Positions 22,656 through 30,425 of a DNA stretch of 64,000 nt are shown piece after piece (position 1 is the stretch's first letter; each line of letters begins with the position of its first letter). Position numbers and translations under genes: made by a program. The stretch is from Christensenella sp. UBA6094 (GTDB lineage Bacteria > Bacillota > Clostridia > Christensenellales > UBA6094), in contig DIWY01000003.1 in assembly GCA_002435915.1 (NCBI GenBank), forward strand, positions 639-64,638, written 5' to 3'. Below the pieces are notes generated by a model, which did no database searches, had not been told where the DNA came from, and saw only the letters and a list, made by a program, of their open reading frames with translations.

Positions 22656-22823
22656 ATAAATTGGGCAAAATAAATACATCTTGTTTTAATAGATAGAAGT
22701 AATAGTTTAAATAAACGGTATCAGCTATTTTATACTGATGCTGTTTATGGGGTTAGAGAACAATATAATCTTATAATGCGTTCTAGTCTCAATTTAATAA
22801 ATATAGAAAGTTGGCGAAGTCGA

Positions 22824-24200
22824 ATGATTACTGAAAAAAAGAAAATAAACGTGGGGATTGGTTTTGTAACCGGTCGTAAGAATTTTAAAGATGTTGTAAA
22901 AACATACATTTATAACTGGAACGAGTCAGGTAATGAGAAAAACAAGAATATATCTCTTAATCTGTTTGTTGCTTACGATTTAAAATATACAGGAACAAAA
23001 GTAAGCGATTATAAAAATATAGATCAAGAAATAATGGAGATAGTTGATTCAGCTTTTTATATAGGCAATCCTTCGATAATCAACGAAGCGCAATATTTAG
23101 TTGAGAAGAAAGCAATTAATACAGAAGAAGCAAATTTGATATTTGGCGAAGGCTATGCAAAAAAAAGAAATACAGTCCTATATTTTGCAATTAAAAACAG
23201 AATGGACTATCTTATATTTTTAGATGATGATGAATACCCTGTTGCAAATATAAAAATAGCGGACACCACCGCATGGAAAGGCCAGCAAATTTTATCTACA
23301 CATATTAAAAACATTAAAAACGTAAATATTACTCATGGTCATCATTGTGGGTATATTTCGCCGATTCCATACATTGAGTTCAATGACAAACTGACCGAAG
23401 ATGATTTTAGAATATTCATCGAATCCATAAGCAACGACATTGTTAACTGGGAATCGATAAAACAGAAAATGGATGATGGCGGAGTAACATACGCCGATAG
23501 AGATATAATCAATAAAGGAGCTACTAAAGTTGTTGATAAAGTTAGCGGAATGAAGTTTATTTCTGGAGCAAACTTGGGACTTAATTTAAAAAAGACAGAT
23601 AAAATATTTCCGTTCTACAACCCACCAGGAGCAAGAGGAGAAGATACTTTCTTAAGTACCAGCATAGGAAAGTGTGATGTGTTAAAAGTACCTTGTTATA
23701 CATTCCATGACGGTTTTGGCATTTACAAGAACTTGCTTAATGGAGTGCTGCCAAAAGAAATGAAAAAAATAAAGGCCGATTCAGGGAAAAACACAAAAAG
23801 ATTTTTAAAAGCGGCAATTGGCTGGGTTAGATACAAACCTCTTTTGCTTTACATTACTCAAAGAGATAACTATGAAGCAGAAATTATAAAAATGAGAGCA
23901 AACTTAACATACGTAATTCCAAAGCTTTGCGATTATTTTGGGAATGAGGAATTTAAGAGCATATTATTTGAACTAGAGTATTATAATGCACATGTAGAAG
24001 ATCATTACAAAGATTTTATAAAAACAAAAGCAACATGGAAGAAAATACTCGAGTTTTTGGAAAAAAATGATTCAATACCTGAACTAGTGCTTGAAAGAGT
24101 GCAGGATATAATGAAAGAAAAAGGGATGAATAATTTCACAGCAGACGATATTATGAAAAGCCCAGCTATGAACCCATCTAAAGATGCAAAAAAGAAATAG
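22824..24200 (+). CDS. Orphan GT-A-fold glycosyltransferase-like protein (DxD; distant resemblance to the RGP/GT75 family)
   Basis: 458 aa counted from ATG 22824; the track ATG at 22776 is an alternative, and both have a weak RBS. Motifs: YLIFLDDDEYP (DxD), SGANLGLN, and ARGEDTFLS. The pattern resembles reversibly-glycosylated-polypeptide motifs from memory (TIDDDCFV, GMNLAF, RYDDMWAG). Confidence 0.45.
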   Translation: MITEKKKINVGIGFVTGRKNFKDVVKTYIYNWNESGNEKNKNISLNLFVAYDLKYTGTKVSDYKNIDQEIMEIVDSAFYIGNPSIINEAQYLVEKKAINTEEANLIFGEGYAKKRNTVLYFAIKNRMDYLIFLDDDEYPVANIKIADTTAWKGQQILSTHIKNIKNVNITHGHHCGYISPIPYIEFNDKLTEDDFRIFIESISNDIVNWESIKQKMDDGGVTYADRDIINKGATKVVDKVSGMKFISGANLGLNLKKTDKIFPFYNPPGARGEDTFLSTSIGKCDVLKVPCYTFHDGFGIYKNLLNGVLPKEMKKIKADSGKNTKRFLKAAIGWVRYKPLLLYITQRDNYEAEIIKMRANLTYVIPKLCDYFGNEEFKSILFELEYYNAHVEDHYKDFIKTKATWKKILEFLEKNDSIPELVLERVQDIMKEKGMNNFTADDIMKSPAMNPSKDAKKK

Positions 24201-24217
24201 AATATTACTATATATAG

Positions 24218-24251
24218 AAGTCCTACAGACAGCTTGCTTGTAGGACTTTTT
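24218..24251 (+). terminator. Rho-independent terminator
   Basis: AAGTCCTACA / TGTAGGACTT 10-bp stem followed by TTTTTG. Confidence 0.85.
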
Positions 24252-24448
24252 GTTTATTCATAGTAAGAGTGAAATATTAATATTGATCTTAAAAAAAGGC
24301 TTAAAAAACTCTTACATGTAAACATTCTTATTTAATGCCTTGATTAAAGATGTATGATAAAATGTAGATAGAAATTAAAAAATGCAAGTAATTATTTTTT
24401 AAATTGCAGTCAGTTGTATTAGGTGAAAAATTATCAAAGAGGTGTAAA

Positions 24449-25141
24449 ATGAGCAATCCAGAATCGTTAACGAAACCAGTAAAAACTGGGTCGGTATCAA
24501 AACTCGTGCTTGAAAGAATTAAAGAAGCTCTAATAAATAAAGAATTGGGACCTGGAGACTATTTGCCATCTGAAACTGAGCTTGCAAAAAATTTAGGTGT
24601 AGGAAAATCTAGCGTAAGAGAAGCTGTCAAAATGCTTGAAGCCATGGGCGTAGTTGAAGTTAAACAAGGCAATGGCACCATCATTTGCGACCATACGGAT
24701 AGAAATAGCGTTAATTCTTTGATATTTCAATTAATTCTAGAAAACGGTAGCGAAAAAGATGTCTTAGATTTGAGAATGATGTTTGAAACATCGTATACTG
24801 TAATGGCGATGAAAAATGTTAACACTGAAGATATTCGAAAGATTGAAGCTACAATAGATATATTTGAAGCCAACATAAAAGCTGGTAAGCAAGAAGTAGA
24901 TGATGACCTAAATTTTCATTATGCCATTCTTGAAAGCACTCATAATCCGTTTGTAATTATTATTGGAGATACAATTTTGCAATTGTTTAAAACGTCAATA
25001 TATAAGTCGGTACACCAAATGCCAGACGTTGCCTTAGCTGATCATAAGCGTATATTTAATGCGTTTTGCGTAAAAGATGAAAAGCAAGTAACTGATGCAA
25101 TAGCATCAAGCCTTGAAGTTTGGAAAAATAATTTGAAATAG
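24449..25141 (+). CDS. GntR-family transcriptional regulator (FadR/FCD subfamily)
   Basis: Start moved to ATG 24449 after AAAGAGGTG. N-terminal winged helix-turn-helix (LPSETELAKNLGVGKSSVREAVKMLEAMGVVEVKQGNG) and a C-terminal all-helical FCD-like domain. Confidence 0.88.
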   Translation: MSNPESLTKPVKTGSVSKLVLERIKEALINKELGPGDYLPSETELAKNLGVGKSSVREAVKMLEAMGVVEVKQGNGTIICDHTDRNSVNSLIFQLILENGSEKDVLDLRMMFETSYTVMAMKNVNTEDIRKIEATIDIFEANIKAGKQEVDDDLNFHYAILESTHNPFVIIIGDTILQLFKTSIYKSVHQMPDVALADHKRIFNAFCVKDEKQVTDAIASSLEVWKNNLK

Positions 25142-25346
25142 ATATAAACAATACCAATAAATATTTTAATATCTATTGAATAATATTCGATCAAATAGTA
25201 GAATAAACATAAACATCAGATGTCTGCTGTTTATGCCTGCGAGTAGCTTGAATCATCTTTGCATATTCTTTAATAAATTCAATATCAAATTATCTTACTA
25301 TAAAAAGATGATTTATATATAAAAATAATTTAATGGAGGGGTTAAG

Positions 25347-26330
25347 TTGGCAAAAGTATATTTTGATTCTGATGCGAATGTTGACATCGTAAAAGACAAG
25401 GTTATTGCTATAATTGGTTACGGCAATCAAGGCAGGTCACAAGCACTAAACATGAGAGATTCTGGTGTGAAAAATATTGTTGTTGGTAGCAGACAAGATG
25501 AATCCTGGGATACAGCAAACGAAGACGGCTTTAAAACTTATTCCATAGAAAAAGCATGTGAAATAGCTGATATTATATTCATGCTACTTCCAGACGAAGT
25601 TGCACCCGAAATTTATGAAAAACAAATTGCGCCATATCTGAAAAAAGGAAATGTAGTTAATTTTTCTTCAGGATATAATATTACTTATAGTTATATACAG
25701 CCTTCAAAGGACATTGATGTAATTATGGTCGGCCCTAGAATGATAGGCAAAGGCGTAAGAGAAATGTATGAACGTGGAGAAGGATTCTCGTCATTCGTTG
25801 CAGTAGCACAAGATGCATCTGGAAATGCATGGGACATCACATTAGCTTTGGCAAAGGCTATGGGATCTACAAAGAAAGGCGCCATTGAAGTAACATTTAA
25901 TGATGAGACTTATTTGGATTTGATGTCTGAACAGGCAACATGGCCGCTAATAATGGCAGTAATGAATGAAGTTCATGCCTATCTTATTGAAGAAGGGCAT
26001 CCAGAAGAAGCGGTTTTGATGGAGCTATACTTATCAAAAGAACCTGCGTTTATGATGGAGAAAATGGCTGATGTTGGGCTCTTTAAACAACTTCCATTCC
26101 ATTCTAATACCAGCCAATATGGACAGCTCTCAAGATATCAAACTATCGACAATAGTTATATAAAAGAGTTTATAAAAAAGCAGTATTCGAGAATAGAAAA
26201 TCGCGAGTTCGCAGAAGAATGGCATAAAGAACAACTCAATGGCTTAGCTCTGTTAGATAAGCTAAAAGAAGAAGCATTCAATAGTGACATAAGTCTTTCT
26301 GAAGCAAGAGTAAAATCCAAACTAAAATAA
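25347..26330 (+). CDS. Ketol-acid reductoisomerase-like oxidoreductase (divergent class I KARI homologue)
   Basis: TTG start after GGAGGGG. Rossmann motif IGYGNQGRSQALNMRDSG, QDASGNA, and DETYLDLMSEQ all resemble KARI. Several canonical motifs are altered (see findings). Confidence 0.7.
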   Translation: MAKVYFDSDANVDIVKDKVIAIIGYGNQGRSQALNMRDSGVKNIVVGSRQDESWDTANEDGFKTYSIEKACEIADIIFMLLPDEVAPEIYEKQIAPYLKKGNVVNFSSGYNITYSYIQPSKDIDVIMVGPRMIGKGVREMYERGEGFSSFVAVAQDASGNAWDITLALAKAMGSTKKGAIEVTFNDETYLDLMSEQATWPLIMAVMNEVHAYLIEEGHPEEAVLMELYLSKEPAFMMEKMADVGLFKQLPFHSNTSQYGQLSRYQTIDNSYIKEFIKKQYSRIENREFAEEWHKEQLNGLALLDKLKEEAFNSDISLSEARVKSKLK

Positions 26331-26421
26331 ACGATATATTTAATGTGATTCGTTATATACTAGACACGGCAGATACATAAAGTGAATGTCGCTTTGCCTC
26401 AAATAGTAAGTATTAAATAAC

Positions 26422-26465
26422 AAAGATCCATCAAATGATTTTTTTGAAGGATCTTTTGTTTTGTA
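26422..26465 (+). terminator. Rho-independent terminator
   Basis: AAAGATCC / GGATCTTT 8-bp stem with a 19-nt loop, then TGTTTTG. Confidence 0.6.
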
Positions 26466-26483
26466 TAAGCGCAGTTAATAGCA

Positions 26484-26512
26484 TTGACAAACAAAATTTA
26501 CGCATCTAAAAT
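26484..26512 (+). promoter_or_regulatory. Sigma-A type promoter (TTGACA-17-TAAAAT)
   Basis: TTGACA at 26484-26489, a 17-nt spacer, then TAAAAT at 26507-26512. Lies upstream of the SGNH-like gene. Confidence 0.65.
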
Positions 26513-26606
26513 TAAAATAAAGAAACAAAGATGATATACATAATGGAACAAATTAAAATTGCAATCTGCGTGCACTCGCAGAAATAATTTGAATATGAGG
26601 CGAAGT

Positions 26607-27407
26607 ATGAAAAAATTAAGAGTTTTGTTTGTAGGTAACAGTCACACTTATTTTAATGACAGCCCAGTTGTTTTCAAAACGCTTGTCGAAGCTGGACAAG
26701 ATGCAGAGGTAGAAGTTTCAATGCAAGCGCATCCAGGTGTAACATATGGTTGGCATCTCTCGCAAGGTGCAGAACTTCGTTTTGCTCTTATGCATGGCAA
26801 CTACGATTATGTATTGCTTCAACAAGCGGCACACTCTCCTTGCCCATCACCAGAGGAAACAATTGCAGATGGCATAAAGCTTGTTGATCTTGTAAAGCGC
26901 TGTGGTAGCACACCTATCTTGGTAATGCCTTGGGCTGAAAAACGTTTTCCAGAGCATCAGGCAATTATGTACAACACTTATACTACCCTTGCAAAAGAAT
27001 GCGGTGTGCAATTTAGCCCTGTTGGCTATGTGTTTGAGCGCGTACTTAATGAGCGCCCAGACATTAACCTTTACTGGTTTGATGGTGAACATTGTTCTCC
27101 TTATGGAACATATGTAAATGCATGCTGTGCATACAGCATGATTTTTGGTGAAAGCCCTGTTGGGTTGCCAGCCAAATCCATTAAACATAACCGTGGCGAA
27201 GCAGAAGATATGATTCCTGTTAAAGAACTTTTTGCAAAGATCGCTGCGAACCCAAACGATAAAGAATTACTTGCTAAAGCAAAAAATATATTCGAAGAGA
27301 AATTCCCTGCAATTTGGGATAAAGAAGAGCTTTATGTTAATCTGGATCCTGAAAAGGCAGAAGCATTGCAAAAAATGGTATGGGATGCAGTGCAGGCATG
27401 CAAATAA
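26607..27407 (+). CDS. SGNH/GDSL-like hydrolase (DUF4886-like)
   Basis: Start moved to ATG 26607 after GAGG. Block I motif VGNSHTYF and block V motif FDGEHCS (DxxH). About 43-45% GC in two hand-counted 60-nt samples. Confidence 0.6.
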   Translation: MKKLRVLFVGNSHTYFNDSPVVFKTLVEAGQDAEVEVSMQAHPGVTYGWHLSQGAELRFALMHGNYDYVLLQQAAHSPCPSPEETIADGIKLVDLVKRCGSTPILVMPWAEKRFPEHQAIMYNTYTTLAKECGVQFSPVGYVFERVLNERPDINLYWFDGEHCSPYGTYVNACCAYSMIFGESPVGLPAKSIKHNRGEAEDMIPVKELFAKIAANPNDKELLAKAKNIFEEKFPAIWDKEELYVNLDPEKAEALQKMVWDAVQACK

Positions 27408-27455
27408 TTTAATTAGTTTTCCTTGTTAAAAAGATTATCATAGTCAAAAATTTTT

Positions 27456-27488
27456 AAAGCCCTCAAACACTTTGTTTGACGGCTTTTT
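27456..27488 (+). terminator. Rho-independent terminator
   Basis: AAAGCCCTCAAAC / GTTTGACGGCTTT stem (one mismatch), then TTTTT. Confidence 0.85.
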
Positions 27489-27494
27489 GTTATG

Positions 27495-27520
27495 CAAAAA
27501 AGTTCAAATCATAATAAAAT
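27495..27520 (+). repeat. Direct repeat copy 1 (26 bp)
   Basis: CAAAAAAGTTCAAATCATAATAAAAT, identical to the copy at 27547-27572. Confidence 0.95.
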
Positions 27521-27546
27521 GCGTTACTTTTGACGAATTAATATAT

Positions 27547-27572
27547 CAAAAAAGTTCAAATCATAATAAAAT
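27547..27572 (+). repeat. Direct repeat copy 2 (26 bp)
   Basis: CAAAAAAGTTCAAATCATAATAAAAT, exactly 52 bp downstream of copy 1. Confidence 0.95.
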
Positions 27573-27654
27573 ATTTTTTAATAATTTTTTATAGTCATAA
27601 TTGTGACATATTATTATCGCATATTATAAGTAATAACAAAGGAGGATTAAAAAA

Positions 27655-27834
27655 ATGATAATTATATGGTTAATAATTGGCTTTGGCATCTACTACTTTT
27701 TTAAAAACAACACGAGTATGAACTTTAAGCCGAATAAGGATACAGAGGCCGAAGAAAAGCTGAAACAAAGATATGTTAATGGTGAAATTGACGACGAGAC
27801 CTACGCGAGAATTCTAAAAGCAATTAGAAATTAG
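27655..27834 (+). CDS. Small membrane protein with a SHOCT domain (59 aa)
   Basis: Absent from the track because it is under 60 aa. ATG 27655 after AAAGGAGG. Sequence MIIIWLIIGFGIYYFFKNNTSMNFKPNKDTEAEEKLKQRYVNGEIDDETYARILKAIRN, stop TAG at 27832-27834. One TM helix plus a SHOCT-like C-terminus. Confidence 0.75.
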   Translation: MIIIWLIIGFGIYYFFKNNTSMNFKPNKDTEAEEKLKQRYVNGEIDDETYARILKAIRN

Positions 27835-27877
27835 ACTGAAAAGACTAAAAAAATATTAATAAAGGGGATTAAAGACA

Positions 27878-28150
27878 ATGTTTGAAAGAGGATATAGTAT
27901 GGTTGGAAGAAGTTATAGTAGCTTCGGGGGAAGTCTAGGGCATAGCACAGGTTTTATGTATGGAGGAATTGGTATGCTTCTGATTGGAGCAGTAGTTCTA
28001 ATAGCAGTAGTAGTTACTATCCATTTCATGAAAAAAGCTAAAACCAAACAGCCAAATAACGAAATACTAGAATCGTTAAAAATGAGATTTATTAATGGCG
28101 AGATAACCGAAGAAGAATACACAAGAATGAAAACAATTTTAAGCAACTAA
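27878..28150 (+). CDS. Membrane protein with a SHOCT domain (90 aa)
   Basis: Central TM helix (GIGMLLIGAVVLIAVVVTIHF) and a C-terminal LKMRFINGEITEEEYTRMKTIL SHOCT motif. AAAGGGG RBS. Confidence 0.78.
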   Translation: MFERGYSMVGRSYSSFGGSLGHSTGFMYGGIGMLLIGAVVLIAVVVTIHFMKKAKTKQPNNEILESLKMRFINGEITEEEYTRMKTILSN

Positions 28151-28212
28151 TAATTGTTTCTTGTTGGACAAGAATTATATCTCAGTGATACAATAAGGGC
28201 GAGGCGAAAAAG

Positions 28213-28899
28213 ATGAAATATCAGGTATTAGTAGTTGAAGATCAAAAAGAAATAAGCGATATTGTTTCAAAATACCTTGATAATGAAGGGTATGCTTACT
28301 ACGTCGTTCGTGACGGATTTGAAGCATTAGATACCTTCAATAGTCATACGATTCACCTCGTCCTTTTAGATGTCATGATGCCGGGTATCGACGGATTTGA
28401 AGTACTAGAAGAGATTCGGAAGATTTCAGATGTTCCAGTTATTATGTTAACAGCTAAGCAAGAAGAAATTGACAGAGTAAAAGGTTTTGATATTGGGGCA
28501 GATGATTATGTTGTTAAGCCTTTTAGTGCTAAAGAGCTTATGAGGCGGATAAGAGCCCTAACAAAAAGAGTTTATCACGAGATAGATGAAATTGTTTATA
28601 CATTCAAAGATTTGAGCTTACATACCAAAAGTATGAAGCTTTATAAAAATACTGAAGAAATACAAATTACAGCAGCAGAATATAATCTGCTGCTTGTTAT
28701 GTTTAAAAATCAAGGCCAAGTATTATCGCGTGAGCAGCTTATAGATCTTGCGTATGGTAGTGAATACGATGGCTATGATAGAAATATTGACAGCTACATA
28801 AAGAGAATCAGACAGAAAATCGAAGTGGATTCAAAGAACCCACAAATTCTTATCACTAAATATGGGGCAGGTTATGTTTTCGGAGGTACTCAGCTATGA
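28213..28899 (+). CDS. OmpR/PhoB-family response regulator
   Basis: Receiver domain (DVMMPGIDG, phospho-acceptor Asp context) and a winged-helix C-terminus (GAGYVF). Confidence 0.93.
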   Translation: MKYQVLVVEDQKEISDIVSKYLDNEGYAYYVVRDGFEALDTFNSHTIHLVLLDVMMPGIDGFEVLEEIRKISDVPVIMLTAKQEEIDRVKGFDIGADDYVVKPFSAKELMRRIRALTKRVYHEIDEIVYTFKDLSLHTKSMKLYKNTEEIQITAAEYNLLLVMFKNQGQVLSREQLIDLAYGSEYDGYDRNIDSYIKRIRQKIEVDSKNPQILITKYGAGYVFGGTQL

Positions 28900-30260
28900 C
28901 GATAAGAAGGCAATGGCTTATTGTACTAATTACTACAGCAATTCTAGCAGTTGCTGTTAATTCGTTAGTTCTGAGTTCTCTTACAAACAGGTACTTTGAT
29001 AACTACACGACTGAAAACTATGATTCGCATTTAACACAGTTAGTAGAATTTTCAAAACAGGCATTATTGGAAGACAGCTATACTAATGATCAGATCTCAA
29101 CACAATTGGAATCTCATTTAGTAGATCCCATAGTTAAAATAGAATTATACGACGCAAACGGACAATTAATAGCAAAGATTCAGAGCGATGAAGCCGAAGA
29201 AACAAGGGGCATGATGAAAAACAGAGCCATGAACAGCATGTTCGGTACTGCGTCTGAAGAAGTGGACAATGTTGAAATCTCTAATTCTGGTGTCCTATTA
29301 GGCAAATTATATATAACCAGATATAGCTCGCTCGGCAATTCTATTGGTAATCGAATGTTCAAGGTTTCGCTAATAAATAATAGCTTGCTTTCTGTAGGCC
29401 TAGTATTGATTTTTGTAATAATATTTGGTGTGCTTATTAGCCGAAAGATGAGCAGAGATTTAACTAATACTGCTTCATTAGCTTTGAATATTGATTTGGG
29501 TAATCCTACGGAAGTTAAACTGTCTAAGGTTAGAGAGATAAGAACTATACAACAAAGTCTTGAAACACTTAAGACGAGATTGAAGCTCAAACAGACCAGC
29601 AGAAAAAACCTTGTCGATGAGCTAGTGCATCAGACTAGAACACCATTAACTATTCTAAAAACTCATTTGGAAGCGTTCGAAGATGGTATAGTTGAAATGA
29701 CACCGGAAGAAATCAAAATCTGTGAAGATCAGATAGATAACATCACTGCTATGATTGCCAATATGAGCAGTATGCTAGATGCTGAAAAAGACACTGAAGC
29801 TATTAAATCAGAAGAATTTGAGCTGAACCAATTATTGAAACAAATCATTGGCGGCCTCAAGGTTCAGTTTGAGAAAAAGCAAATAGATCTATCTGTTAAA
29901 AGCAATCACAAGGTAGTACTTAAAACAGATAAATACAAATTAAGCCAGAGTATATATAATGTTTTGACTAATGCATATAAATTTACTGAGGCACGCGGAA
30001 CGGTCTCGATTTCTTATATGACAAGCAAAGATGAACTAGTTATGACTATTGAAGATTCTGGTATAGGTATTAGCGAAAAAGATAAGGAACATTTATTTGA
30101 AGCTTACTATAGAGGAGATAATACAAACAATATTATTGGTGAAGGAATAGGCTTGTATATCGCCAAAGAAAACATAAACAAAATACAAGGTGCCATAAGT
30201 GTTGTCTCAGAAGTCGGATCAGGAAGCAAATTTATTATAAAGATCCCAAAGAATATTTAA
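28896..30260 (+). CDS. Sensor histidine kinase (two TM helices, ~130 aa extracytoplasmic loop)
   Basis: Overlaps the response regulator gene by 4 nt. H-box LVHQTRTPL. N, G1 and G2 boxes present (NAYKFT, DSGIGI, GEGIGL). Confidence 0.92.
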   Translation: MTIRRQWLIVLITTAILAVAVNSLVLSSLTNRYFDNYTTENYDSHLTQLVEFSKQALLEDSYTNDQISTQLESHLVDPIVKIELYDANGQLIAKIQSDEAEETRGMMKNRAMNSMFGTASEEVDNVEISNSGVLLGKLYITRYSSLGNSIGNRMFKVSLINNSLLSVGLVLIFVIIFGVLISRKMSRDLTNTASLALNIDLGNPTEVKLSKVREIRTIQQSLETLKTRLKLKQTSRKNLVDELVHQTRTPLTILKTHLEAFEDGIVEMTPEEIKICEDQIDNITAMIANMSSMLDAEKDTEAIKSEEFELNQLLKQIIGGLKVQFEKKQIDLSVKSNHKVVLKTDKYKLSQSIYNVLTNAYKFTEARGTVSISYMTSKDELVMTIEDSGIGISEKDKEHLFEAYYRGDNTNNIIGEGIGLYIAKENINKIQGAISVVSEVGSGSKFIIKIPKNI

Positions 30261-30285
30261 TAATCTACAAAGCAAATACTATTTT

Positions 30286-30317
30286 AACCCATTAAACAAA
30301 TTGTTTGATGGGCTTTT
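30286..30317 (+). terminator. Rho-independent terminator
   Basis: CCCATTAAACAA / TTGTTTGATGGG stem (one wobble), then CTTTTG. Confidence 0.8.
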
Positions 30318-30425
30318 GTTCATATGAAAATTATACGCAAGTAGACTTTAGCTACATCCCATTAAAGAACGTAAAAACAGTTTCACACATATACTGTAAT
30401 AGTAATTTAATAGGATGTGAATTAG

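Noticed and set aside
22733-25235. Shared 11-mer TGCTGTTTATG near 22737 and 25225, considered as a possible regulatory motif.
   Set aside because: Hundreds of shared 11-mer pairs are expected by chance in 64 kb (about 2e9 pairs divided by 4^11). It is not significant.
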